Source of the DNA: Cytophagaceae bacterium
Lineage (GTDB): Bacteria > Bacteroidota > Bacteroidia > Cytophagales > Cytophagaceae
Reading direction: 5' to 3'
Assembly: GCA_025054875.1 (NCBI GenBank)
Contig: JANWYS010000003.1
Location: 2,862-66,861 of the forward strand
Length of the DNA: 64,000 nucleotides
Below, one piece after another: positions 1-9,398 of the stretch (position 1 is the first letter of the stretch; every line of letters begins with the position of its first letter). The position numbers and the translations under genes are program-made. Under the pieces are notes generated by a model, which saw only the letters and a list, made by a program, of their open reading frames with translations, did not search any database and was not told the origin of the DNA.

Positions 1-417
1 GAGGTAAATGGCGATGCTTTGTATGAAAAAATTCAGCAAGGTTATGTTCCTGTTATGTCGCCTTTAGTGTACGATAGAGAAACAGGCTACAAGCTCAACA
101 CCAATGCAGATACAATTGCCTATTTCACTGCAAAAAGCTTAGTGAAGTATTATGAGGTGCACTTGGTTTATTGCTTTGAACTAAAAGGAGTATTGGAAAA
201 CATTGAGGATAAAAACTCTGTAATACCTGAGATTACACCATCATATTATGAACAGCTGAAGCAAAAAGGAATAATATCACAAGGAATGATTCCTAAGTTA
301 GATAATGCTTTCGAAGCTATACATGCAGGTGTAAGCAGCGTGATAATATGTAAAGCTGATGATATGAAAAGTATCATCAATGAGGGTGCTTCACTGGGCA
401 CAACGATAAGGAAATGA
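1..417 (+). CDS. argB: acetylglutamate kinase, C-terminal part (5' end lies outside the window)
   Basis: Frame 1 is open from base 1. The translation has the amino-acid-kinase motif NTNADT and the C-terminal pattern GMIPKL..A...G typical of ArgB. Confidence 0.75.
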   Translation, partial: EVNGDALYEKIQQGYVPVMSPLVYDRETGYKLNTNADTIAYFTAKSLVKYYEVHLVYCFELKGVLENIEDKNSVIPEITPSYYEQLKQKGIISQGMIPKLDNAFEAIHAGVSSVIICKADDMKSIINEGASLGTTIRK

Positions 418-535
418 AGGATCATTTTGAGGTATATTCACTATGTCAGTTATCTTTCTGAAATTAAATGAGAGTGAATGATAATGGAGAACAGGCCTGC
501 AATCTTAAAAATAAAATACGCTTATGAAGGAGCTT

Positions 536-1612
536 TTACTTCAATTGTTGAAAGTATAGTTCAAGTTTAGGGTTTTTAACAACCTTAAATGTTTTGCCTT
601 TTGTTTTTTTTCTGATTTCTTCAATTCGTTTATCCAGCTTAGGGTGAGTGGTTAAAAATTCAGGAATATGAGATGCTGTTGAATCGTGTCTGTCTTTTAA
701 ATTTTCAAACAAGCTGATCATTCCGTTGGGGTCACCGTTATTTTTTAAAATAAGTTCATAACCGTATTGATCTGATTCGCTTTCGGCCTCTCTGCTGTGT
801 GAGAGTTGCTCAATCATTGCAGCTCTTTCGGCAATTACAGCGAGCATGCCACTGTAATCCTGAAAAACAATAGAAACGAACAAGTATGAGGATAAACTTT
901 TCATAAGAGCTTTTAATGTGTGACGATTTTCTACATGCCCGATTTCGTGGCCTAACAAACCGGTAAGCTCATGATATGATTTCATACTGTCGAGTATAGC
1001 GCTAAACACAACAATCTCTCCCCCCGGCAGGGCAAAGGCATTTTTTATATTCTTTTCATCCACTACTGTAATGTGTATGGGATATTCTACTTCTTTTTGC
1101 AGTTCGTCATAAAACTTATTGATAACTTCTGTCTTTGTTGAGTCCGTTTTCATGGCCGATACCCAGTTTTCTTTAATTTGCTTTCCGAGTTCTATCTCTA
1201 AATGTTTAGGAAAAGCTTCAACAGCGAGCAAAGCAGCCACCGGCAATATGTAAAAGTAAATTATGATGAACAAAGTTATGATTATCGTAGTGCCAACCAG
1301 AAAAGACTTCGCACCATGTTTTTTGAATATCAGATATACATCCCTTAGGTATTTAGCATCCGGTTTGCTTTTCTTGATTTCTTCTAAAAGTTCGATATCA
1401 TCTGTTTCTAAAAACTGGTATGGAAAAGATTTTCCAAATTTTATAATGATTCTTTTTTGTTCTTGACTGAAAGTGTTCACATCTTCATGTGAATACATAA
1501 TTTTAGAGCCGGTATGGCTCACAATAGTAAAACCCAAGTCGCTTACAGATACCAGCACATCTTGAGGTTTGGTTTGCTTGCCATCGAAATATTTAGCCTT
1601 TTTATACATCAA
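536..1612 (-). CDS. M48-family zinc metallopeptidase, membrane anchored
   Basis: HEIGHVENRH (HExxH) motif, an ALPGGEIVVF motif upstream, and one N-proximal TM helix. Overlaps the upstream DUF898 gene by 4 nt. Confidence 0.8.
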   Translation of the reverse strand: MMYKKAKYFDGKQTKPQDVLVSVSDLGFTIVSHTGSKIMYSHEDVNTFSQEQKRIIIKFGKSFPYQFLETDDIELLEEIKKSKPDAKYLRDVYLIFKKHGAKSFLVGTTIIITLFIIIYFYILPVAALLAVEAFPKHLEIELGKQIKENWVSAMKTDSTKTEVINKFYDELQKEVEYPIHITVVDEKNIKNAFALPGGEIVVFSAILDSMKSYHELTGLLGHEIGHVENRHTLKALMKSLSSYLFVSIVFQDYSGMLAVIAERAAMIEQLSHSREAESESDQYGYELILKNNGDPNGMISLFENLKDRHDSTASHIPEFLTTHPKLDKRIEEIRKKTKGKTFKVVKNPKLELYFQQLK

Positions 1613-2586
1613 TAGAGTAGTGATAAATCCATTTCGTCCATCATTGCTTCGCCAATGGATCCACCCATGTTGAAACGGTCCACTTGGGTTACTTCATCAA
1701 AATCTATGTTTGCCATCACATATACATGATTTGCAAAAAAATTATATCTGCGTATGACAGCCCATGGAGTAGCTATACCCAAAGAGAACAAAATTATGAG
1801 TGCATTTACAAAAGACAACTTGAAAAAATCCCAGCCTGTAATATTGGCTCTGAGCGTACCGATTTTTTCTCCTTGTATCATGCGTATATTGTTAAAAAAA
1901 TAATTATAGATATTTGCTCTCCATTTGAAGTAGTATATGTATAAACTTAAACTAACCAGAATGGCTCCCAGAAAATTTAGTTCAAACATTTTGATTCCTT
2001 CGGCTGTATATTTGAATTGAATGTTACCAAATCTTGTGGCATCTATCAATTTTCTCATGATTTTGTTTTGCATCCAAACGCGGTATATACCGAGTGTAAT
2101 TATCATTAGAAAAATGCCTTTTGCAAATTCAGCCAGTATTTCTTTGTAGTTTGATGAATTTGAAAAAAATACTCCTCTCCAGGAAGAGCGTGAGCAGCGG
2201 TAGCGCATAGTACCTACCAGAGCTAAAGGTATCGTGAATACGAGTGAAAGAAAATAAATACCCATTATGGTCAAGCCTTCATAGAGGTACCCGGCATCAA
2301 TTGCCATATTGATTAAAAAGAAGGGCAACACAATTACAGCAAAAGACATCAGCATTCCTCTCACCATCTCATTGCCCGTACCATGAAAAGAAAACCTTGA
2401 ACCGAGAAATTCAAGATTATTGTAGTGAAACCTCATGATAGCAGCTTTTGCCCATGGGTAGTAAAAGCCCAAGGTAACAATGGTCAGCAATACATTTACG
2501 ATGTAAATACCAAAATAGTCTTTTACCTGACCATGATAGTGAAAGACTTTACGAGCATTTGTTAGGTCAACTTTGGATGATGTCAT
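1609..2586 (-). CDS. DUF898 (YjgN-like) multi-pass membrane protein
   Basis: Repeated hydrophobic segments and the LGFYYPWAKA / LGIATPWAV signatures typical of the YjgN/DUF898 family. Confidence 0.7.
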   Translation of the reverse strand: MTSSKVDLTNARKVFHYHGQVKDYFGIYIVNVLLTIVTLGFYYPWAKAAIMRFHYNNLEFLGSRFSFHGTGNEMVRGMLMSFAVIVLPFFLINMAIDAGYLYEGLTIMGIYFLSLVFTIPLALVGTMRYRCSRSSWRGVFFSNSSNYKEILAEFAKGIFLMIITLGIYRVWMQNKIMRKLIDATRFGNIQFKYTAEGIKMFELNFLGAILVSLSLYIYYFKWRANIYNYFFNNIRMIQGEKIGTLRANITGWDFFKLSFVNALIILFSLGIATPWAVIRRYNFFANHVYVMANIDFDEVTQVDRFNMGGSIGEAMMDEMDLSLLY

Positions 2587-2604
2587 AGGTTAACTTTAAA
2601 TTTG

Positions 2605-2627
2605 ACAGAAATATAACAGAAATATAA
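2605..2627 (+). promoter_or_regulatory. perfect tandem 11-mer ACAGAAATATA x2, candidate Pho-box-like response-regulator site
   Basis: Exact direct repeat at 2605-2615 and 2616-2626, 126-148 bp upstream of the pstS ATG. Related 11-bp-periodic motifs lie upstream of both PhoX-like genes. Confidence 0.35.
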
Positions 2628-2752
2628 ATCATGTAACTTGGTTTTCAATGAGATTTCTTTTTAACAAAATGTTTAGCAAGACTATCGAAAGTTTAATATT
2701 AAGTTAACATTACTTTTGAAATATTGGGTTTTCAAAAACCAAAAATTCAATC

Positions 2753-3793
2753 ATGAAAAAATACATATTGATTCTTGGCATTGCCTATGTGGCCTGCTCT
2801 TGTGGAGGCGGCAACACAACTAATGAAAGTACTAATACGTCCCAGAATGTTAAAGATATACAAATAGACGGCTCCAGCACAGTATATCCGGTATCTTCGG
2901 CCATTGCTGAAGAATTTATGAAAGCTGAAACCGGAGTGAATATAACCATCAGCGAATCGGGCTCAGGAGGAGGGTTCAAAAAATTTATACGCCAGGAAAT
3001 AGATATCGCCAATGCTTCGCGCCCAATCACCAAAAAGGAAGACAGCCTGTGCAAAGCTGCAGGAGTAGAATATCTTGAATTACCTATTGCTTATGATGGC
3101 TTAGTGGTAGTTGTAAATCCTAAAAACACCTGGGTTGATTATTTAAAGAAAAGCGAACTGAAAAAAATGTGGGAACCTGCAGCCGAAGGGAAAATAACAA
3201 AATGGAGTCAAATACGGCAGGGATGGCCGGACGAAGAAATACACCTATATGGAGCGGGTACCGCCTCGGGCACTTTTGATTATTTTACAGAAGCAATTTG
3301 TGGTAAAGCCAAAGCTATTCGTAAAGACTACAATCCCAGTGAAAACGACAATGTATTGGTACAAGGCATCTCTTCAGATAGGTTAGCCTTAGGTTATTTT
3401 GGTATTCATTACTATAAAGAAAATTCAAAAATTTTAAAACTTGTTCCCATAGATGATGAGGATGATACAAATGGCAAGGGCCCGATATATCCGAATGAAA
3501 TCACTGTAAAGAACGGCACATACCAGCCTTTATCCAGACCATTGTTTATTTACGTGAATAAAAAGTCAACCGAACGTCCGGAAGTAGATAAATTTATCCA
3601 ATATTACCTGGATAGCGCTGCTGTTAAGGTGCCGGAAACCGGATATATTACCCTTAACAAGTCTACTTATGAATTGGTTAAAAAAAGATATTTAGATAAA
3701 ATAACGGGTTCTCTTTATCTGGATATTAAAACATTAGTGGGTATCAGGCCGGATGAGTTGTATATGTCAGAAGCATCACAAACAGCTCAATAA
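2753..3793 (+). CDS. pstS: phosphate ABC transporter substrate-binding lipoprotein
   Basis: Lipoprotein-type signal peptide (..YVACSCGG), the GSSTVYP and SGSGGG motifs of PstS, and first position in a pstSCAB cluster. Confidence 0.9.
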   Translation: MKKYILILGIAYVACSCGGGNTTNESTNTSQNVKDIQIDGSSTVYPVSSAIAEEFMKAETGVNITISESGSGGGFKKFIRQEIDIANASRPITKKEDSLCKAAGVEYLELPIAYDGLVVVVNPKNTWVDYLKKSELKKMWEPAAEGKITKWSQIRQGWPDEEIHLYGAGTASGTFDYFTEAICGKAKAIRKDYNPSENDNVLVQGISSDRLALGYFGIHYYKENSKILKLVPIDDEDDTNGKGPIYPNEITVKNGTYQPLSRPLFIYVNKKSTERPEVDKFIQYYLDSAAVKVPETGYITLNKSTYELVKKRYLDKITGSLYLDIKTLVGIRPDELYMSEASQTAQ

Positions 3794-4665
3794 TGAAAAA
3801 GAAAGAAATTATAGTAGAGAAATTTTTGTTGGTTTGCACGCTAATCACTGTATTTACCAGTGCCGCCATAATAGGTATATTGCTTTATCAGACGGTATAC
3901 TTTTTCAGTGAAGTGTCCGTATGGGAATTTTTCACCAATACAAAGTGGACTCCGTTATATTACGTAAAGAACTATGGAGTATTGCCTCTGCTGGCGGGTA
4001 CTTTTCTTACTACTGTGATATCTTTACTGGTGTCTGTACCATTGGGACTCACCATAGCGATATACTTAAGTGAGTATGCACCAAAACGTTTTCGCGAAAT
4101 GGTGAAGCCATCTTTAGAAATTTTATCAGCCATACCCACAATAGTGTATGGCTTTTTTGCACTCACGTTTGTCACTCCGCTCTTACAAAACATTTTTCCC
4201 CAAATGGCAGGATTTAATGCACTTTCTCCGGGAATTGTGATGGGCATAATGATATTGCCTTTAGTATCTTCATTGAGCGAAGATGCTTTACATGCGGTGC
4301 CGCGCTCATTGCGAGAGGCATCTTTGGCAATGGGAGCCACAAGATTTCAAACCTCTTTCAGGGTGGTAATTCCTGCTGCTTTTTCAGGAATCGCCGTATC
4401 AGTAATACTAGCCATATCAAGAGCGGTGGGAGAAACCATGATTGTAGCTATTGCTGCCGGGCAACAACCTCAATTTACATTGAATCCCTTTGTGCCCATC
4501 AAAACAGCTACTACTTATATCGTAGAAGTATTCAGCGGGGACATTGAGCATGATACCGTTGAATATCGCACTATATTTGCTGTCGGAATGACTTTGTTTG
4601 TATTTACATTTATCCTGAACAACATTAGCTATTTTTTAAAAAAACGATTCCAAACTAACCTGTGA
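3793..4665 (+). CDS. pstC: phosphate ABC transporter permease
   Basis: Six-TM permease with the EAA-like loop (EDALHAVPRSLREASLAMGAT). Start overlaps the pstS stop. Confidence 0.9.
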   Translation: MKKKEIIVEKFLLVCTLITVFTSAAIIGILLYQTVYFFSEVSVWEFFTNTKWTPLYYVKNYGVLPLLAGTFLTTVISLLVSVPLGLTIAIYLSEYAPKRFREMVKPSLEILSAIPTIVYGFFALTFVTPLLQNIFPQMAGFNALSPGIVMGIMILPLVSSLSEDALHAVPRSLREASLAMGATRFQTSFRVVIPAAFSGIAVSVILAISRAVGETMIVAIAAGQQPQFTLNPFVPIKTATTYIVEVFSGDIEHDTVEYRTIFAVGMTLFVFTFILNNISYFLKKRFQTNL

Positions 4666-5543
4666 TTACATTGAAAAACAGACCAAGCGATAAAACACGA
4701 TTCTATCAATGGCAAGATAAAGTTTTCAAATATTTTGCCTTGTGTTGCACACTCATCGGACTTTTTGTTTTAGCGTTATTGTTGTATAACATACTCAGTG
4801 TTGGGCTACACAGGCTCGATTGGAATTTTCTTAATTCTACCTCTTCACAAAGAGCGTCGAATGCGGGTATAAAATCAGCTATGGTGGGTACTGTCTACAT
4901 TGCCCTTTACACCTCACTTTTTGCTTTACCCATTGGTATATCCGCTGCTATATACTTAGAGGAGTATGCGGGCAAAAATAAATTTACCAACTTTCTTGAA
5001 GTAAACATAGCTAATCTGGCTGGCGTTCCATCGGTCATATACGGGTTATTAGGCCTTGAGGTATTTTCAAGAATCATGATGCTTAAAAACAGTATCTTGA
5101 CTGGCAGCTTAACGTTGGCATTATTAATACTGCCTATCATTATTGTGTCAACCCGGGAAGCATTAAAAAGCGTACCTTACTCACTTCGTGAAGCCTCTTA
5201 TGCTCTGGGAGCCAGTAAATGGCAAACCATATGGCATCAAGTGCTGCCTGCATCTTCGGGAGGCATATTTACAGGTATTATTCTGGCTCTGTCCAGAGCT
5301 ATCGGTGAAACAGCACCTCTTATCGTGATAGGAGCGGTAGTCTTTATCAAAACTGTGCCCAACTCAATCATGGACAAATTTACCGTGTTGCCCATACAAA
5401 TCTTTCACTGGATATCACAACCACAAAAAGCATTTGCTGCCAATGCCGCAGCAGGAATCATAGTCTTGCTACTCATAACATTTTTGCTTAATGGCATAGC
5501 AGTGTACCTGCGTTATCGTTGGCAGAAAAAAATTAAATGGTAA
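4662..5543 (+). CDS. pstA: phosphate ABC transporter permease
   Basis: Permease with REALKSVPYSLREASYALGASKWQ. 4-nt overlap with pstC. Confidence 0.9.
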   Translation: MITLKNRPSDKTRFYQWQDKVFKYFALCCTLIGLFVLALLLYNILSVGLHRLDWNFLNSTSSQRASNAGIKSAMVGTVYIALYTSLFALPIGISAAIYLEEYAGKNKFTNFLEVNIANLAGVPSVIYGLLGLEVFSRIMMLKNSILTGSLTLALLILPIIIVSTREALKSVPYSLREASYALGASKWQTIWHQVLPASSGGIFTGIILALSRAIGETAPLIVIGAVVFIKTVPNSIMDKFTVLPIQIFHWISQPQKAFAANAAAGIIVLLLITFLLNGIAVYLRYRWQKKIKW

Positions 5544-5558
5544 ACTTGAACTAATTCT

Positions 5559-6314
5559 ATGTCTCAAAAAATTGAAGTAAAAAACGCAAACGTATATTAT
5601 GGCATGGAACATGCCCTAATTAATGTATCCATGAACATAAAAGCAAACACCGTAACCGCTTTGATAGGCCCCTCCGGATGCGGGAAGTCCACCTTTCTCA
5701 GATTGTTTAACCGAATGAACGACCTCATAGAAAATTGCCGCGTGGAAGGCCAGATATTGGTGGATGGACAAGATATATATAATCCTAAAGTAAACGTAAA
5801 CGAACTTCGCAAATCTATCGGAATGGTATTCCAAAAACCCAATCCGTTTCCCAAATCTATATATGAAAACGTAGCCTATGGGTTGAAGGTGAACGGAATA
5901 AAAGATAAACGATTGATAGAGGAAAAAGTAGAGCAATCCTTGAAACAAGCAGCTCTTTGGGATGAAGTAAAAGATAAATTGAAAAAATCCGCACTTGCAC
6001 TTTCCGGAGGCCAGCAACAACGCTTGTGCATAGCGCGTGCATTGGCTGTATCTCCCTCTGTACTTCTTATGGATGAACCGGCTTCCGCCTTAGATCCCAT
6101 ATCCACTATGAAGATTGAAGAGCTCATCTTCAACCTTAAATCTTCATATACCATTCTCATCGTGACCCACAATATGCAGCAGGCCACACGCACCAGCGAC
6201 AAGACAGCATTTTTTTACATGGGTGAATTAGTTGAATACGACGACACCCGAACTCTATTCACCAACCCTAAGTTTGAACGCACTCAAAACTACATAACCG
6301 GAAGATTCGGATAA
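5559..6314 (+). CDS. pstB: phosphate ABC transporter ATP-binding protein
   Basis: Walker [10 protein letters not shown], signature LSGGQQQRL, Walker B LLMDEP. Length and C-terminal ...YITGRFG are typical of PstB. Confidence 0.95.
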   Translation: MSQKIEVKNANVYYGMEHALINVSMNIKANTVTALIGPSGCGKSTFLRLFNRMNDLIENCRVEGQILVDGQDIYNPKVNVNELRKSIGMVFQKPNPFPKSIYENVAYGLKVNGIKDKRLIEEKVEQSLKQAALWDEVKDKLKKSALALSGGQQQRLCIARALAVSPSVLLMDEPASALDPISTMKIEELIFNLKSSYTILIVTHNMQQATRTSDKTAFFYMGELVEYDDTRTLFTNPKFERTQNYITGRFG

Positions 6315-6457
6315 TCAACAGTTTTTTGTTATTAATTTTTTATTGCCAATCAAATACTTACAAAAGAAATTTTAATAATTTCGAAACCTTAATAAAAAAC
6401 GTATTTGGGTAGTTTGCCGTTATATCTAATAAACATCATCAGAAAACAACTTTTAAA

Positions 6458-7156
6458 ATGAACATCCTTGAAGCAGAAATTGGCGAACTTAAAACTCAAC
6501 TCATCAACATGACCTTACTGGTGCGCGGTCAATTGGAAAAAGCTATTTCTGCTTTCTACAGCTTTGACAAAAACCTGGCAAAAGAAATTATTAAAAATGA
6601 AAAGCGCGTAAATGGAAGCGAAATCGTAATACATGCTAAAAGCGAACATATACTGGCCTTGTTCAATCCGGTAGCCATTGACCTGCGCTTTGTAGTGGCT
6701 TCTTTGAAAATGGTATCCGATCTGGAGCGCATCGGCGACAATGCAAAAGGAATAGCTCAATTCATCATTCGCTGCGAAAAACCATTTGATGAAGAGCTCA
6801 TCCGGGCTTTCAGGTTTCGTGAAATGACCGACACCACCCTAGACATGCTTTCTATCCTCTGCGAGTCATTTGAAACCGACGACACACAACTGGCAAGATC
6901 TCTTTTCGGCCAAGACGAATTACTTGACGAAATCAATGTAAATGCAAACTTTGTACTTGCTGACTATGTAAAAAAACAAAAAGATACAGAATCCATACTG
7001 CAAGCCATTTATTTTCTCTCCATCATCAGAAAAATGGAGCGCACCGGAGATTACATTACCAATGTAGCCGAAGAAATAATATTTTACGTAAAAGCTAAAG
7101 TATTAAAACATAAACGTAAACACCTGTCTAAATTCGGAGACTCAATGGATGAATGA
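6458..7156 (+). CDS. phoU: phosphate signalling complex protein PhoU
   Basis: Two PhoU repeats, each with the E(R)xGD motif (DLERIGDNA, KMERTGDYI). Lies downstream of pstB. Confidence 0.9.
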   Translation: MNILEAEIGELKTQLINMTLLVRGQLEKAISAFYSFDKNLAKEIIKNEKRVNGSEIVIHAKSEHILALFNPVAIDLRFVVASLKMVSDLERIGDNAKGIAQFIIRCEKPFDEELIRAFRFREMTDTTLDMLSILCESFETDDTQLARSLFGQDELLDEINVNANFVLADYVKKQKDTESILQAIYFLSIIRKMERTGDYITNVAEEIIFYVKAKVLKHKRKHLSKFGDSMDE

Positions 7157-7772
7157 CCAGGCATTCTTAAGTATAGTAAAAAATTTTGTCCCTTTACCCT
7201 CGTTGCGTTATTGCTACGATTTATGGCTACAACATCCTTTTCAGTTGGTCATTAAGAAAAAGAGAAATTCCGTATTAGGCGATTATACTTTTAATCCTAC
7301 ATCCTTCAAGCATACCATCACTATAAACGGAGATTTAAATCCATACTCATTTTTAATAACCTACCTTCATGAGATTGCTCACCTTATCACGGGTTTACGC
7401 TACGGATACAACGTGAAGCCACATGGTGAAGAGTGGAAAAATTGTTTCAAAGAAATTGTTTATCCCATACTTAAAGAAGAGGTTTTCCCGCCCGATATCA
7501 TACATCCGCTTTTTGAATACATCATAAACCCTAAAGCAACCTCATGTTCAGATATTGCCTTACTGAAGGCGTTGAGTAAATACGATACCGTAACTCTTTA
7601 TTTCCTTTCGGATGTAAAGGAAGGAACTACTTTTCGGTTCAACAAAAAATATTACGTCAAAGAATCAGTGCTACGCACAAGAGCCATTTGTATGGAACTC
7701 AAAAGCAAGAAAAAATATTATGTGCCACTGAGCGCACAAATAGAAATCATTCAATATAGTATGTTTTCGTAA
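7149..7772 (+). CDS. SprT-like zinc-metallopeptidase-domain protein
   Basis: HEIAHL (HExxH) motif in an SprT-like context. Start overlaps the phoU stop by 8 nt. Confidence 0.6.
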   Translation: MNDQAFLSIVKNFVPLPSLRYCYDLWLQHPFQLVIKKKRNSVLGDYTFNPTSFKHTITINGDLNPYSFLITYLHEIAHLITGLRYGYNVKPHGEEWKNCFKEIVYPILKEEVFPPDIIHPLFEYIINPKATSCSDIALLKALSKYDTVTLYFLSDVKEGTTFRFNKKYYVKESVLRTRAICMELKSKKKYYVPLSAQIEIIQYSMFS

Positions 7773-7935
7773 CTTAGGTAGATATTCCCAATAGTGTGAA
7801 AGTGATGTGAGTTTTACTTGACATAACTTTTCCCAATACATAAACACATTTTATGCATTAGAATTATGTATTGGACTTTCGTTGCCTTTTGTGTAAATAT
7901 TTTTCTGTTGGATATTATGTGAGGGAGAAAGTATG

Positions 7936-9396
7936 TTAACCTACTCTTAGTTTTTGTCCTACTTTCAGTTTGTCGCCAGGCAGGTTATTCATTTTTTTTA
8001 ATTTTTCTATTGGTATGCCTCCGTATTTTTTAGATATGGTCCAAAGAGTATCACCCGGCTGTACGTAGTGGTATTTAGCATTTGTGGCAGATGATTGAGA
8101 GGAATAGCTGTTTGCAGCAGCCTTATTACCACTACCGGACGATGTTTTATAAATGAGAAGTTTTTGCCCTACACTTACGTAATTGTTTTTCATTCCATTC
8201 CAGATTTTAATTTGATTTATAGTAACTCCATATTTTGAGGCGATAAGGCTGAGGGCTTCGCCCTTTTTCACCGTATGATAGAGCTTTGTGGTATTTCCCG
8301 TTGAGGTAGCATAAGTGCCGGAATATTTTATCTTGCGGGTGGTATGTACAGTCTCTATCACAGGGGGTGCTTTTTTACATAAAGAGAGTATCTCTTCTTT
8401 TCTCATTAAAAAATCTGCCATGCGATCGGTGGGAATACGTATCGTGTAGCTCATGTGTGCGGGCAAGATGTTCGTACGTATGGCAGGATTTAGTTTAACA
8501 AAATCTTCATAACATAGATTAAGTTCTTTGCACAGAATATTGAAATTTACAAAGCCGCTTACGGTAATGGTGTCGAAATTTATGGGGTAGTGTATAGAAT
8601 CGGGGTACATGTTGTGGTCTTCCAGGTGATTCATGAGGTAAACTACCGCTACATACTGAGGCACGTAGCCGCGTGTTTCGCGAGGTAAGTAGTTATATAT
8701 TTCCCAAAACTTTTTCTTGTTGCCTGACAGGCGTATGGCTCTGTTTACATATCCCGGTCCGCAATTGTATGCCGCCATGGCCAGTTCCCAATCGTTGTAC
8801 ATGCTGTACAACCAGTTCAATAATTTACATGCTGCTTCTGTTTCTTTATATAAATCAAGCCGTTCGTCAATGTATTCATTAACCTTCAATCCAAATTGCC
8901 TTCCGGTAGCAGGCATAAATTGCCATAAACCTGCCGCTCCGGCCACTGACACTGCAAATGGGTTTAAGCCTGACTCCACAACGGCCAGGTACTTTACCTC
9001 ATCCGGTATGCCATACTTTTTTAACATCTCTTCAAATACCGGAAAGTATAAATGACGGCGGCTTTCCATTGTAGTAAGATAACTGCGATGACGTATAGAA
9101 AAATAATCAATAAAACTACGCACCGTGCCGTTAAATGTCAGACACACATCTCCTTCAAGGCATGAGAGACGATCTTCTATCACATAATTGGGTTCATTCG
9201 GTACATAATCTTTGGGATATAGCCTTGAAGGGGAATTTTCCTGAGGCATAAAGAGTTGAGCCTTCCCCGGAAAACTTTGAAAAGGCAGGCTATCTATACA
9301 TTCCTCATATTGTGCATATGCCACAGTGGAGAGAGTACAAAGAACCAGCAATAACATTTTATGATTACAGAGCCCTATGTTACCTCTGGTGTGCAT
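7936..9396 (-). CDS. lytic murein transglycosylase (SLT domain) with C-terminal LysM repeats, MltD-like
   Basis: SLT catalytic block VVESGLNP...GAAGLWQFMPATG and two LysM-like repeats (YHTVKKGEALSLIASKYG..., YHYVQPGDTLWTISKKYG...). The real start may be the Met at 9357, just before the signal peptide. Confidence 0.85.
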   Translation of the reverse strand: MHTRGNIGLCNHKMLLLVLCTLSTVAYAQYEECIDSLPFQSFPGKAQLFMPQENSPSRLYPKDYVPNEPNYVIEDRLSCLEGDVCLTFNGTVRSFIDYFSIRHRSYLTTMESRRHLYFPVFEEMLKKYGIPDEVKYLAVVESGLNPFAVSVAGAAGLWQFMPATGRQFGLKVNEYIDERLDLYKETEAACKLLNWLYSMYNDWELAMAAYNCGPGYVNRAIRLSGNKKKFWEIYNYLPRETRGYVPQYVAVVYLMNHLEDHNMYPDSIHYPINFDTITVSGFVNFNILCKELNLCYEDFVKLNPAIRTNILPAHMSYTIRIPTDRMADFLMRKEEILSLCKKAPPVIETVHTTRKIKYSGTYATSTGNTTKLYHTVKKGEALSLIASKYGVTINQIKIWNGMKNNYVSVGQKLLIYKTSSGSGNKAAANSYSSQSSATNAKYHYVQPGDTLWTISKKYGGIPIEKLKKMNNLPGDKLKVGQKLRVG

Positions 9397-9398
9397 AA

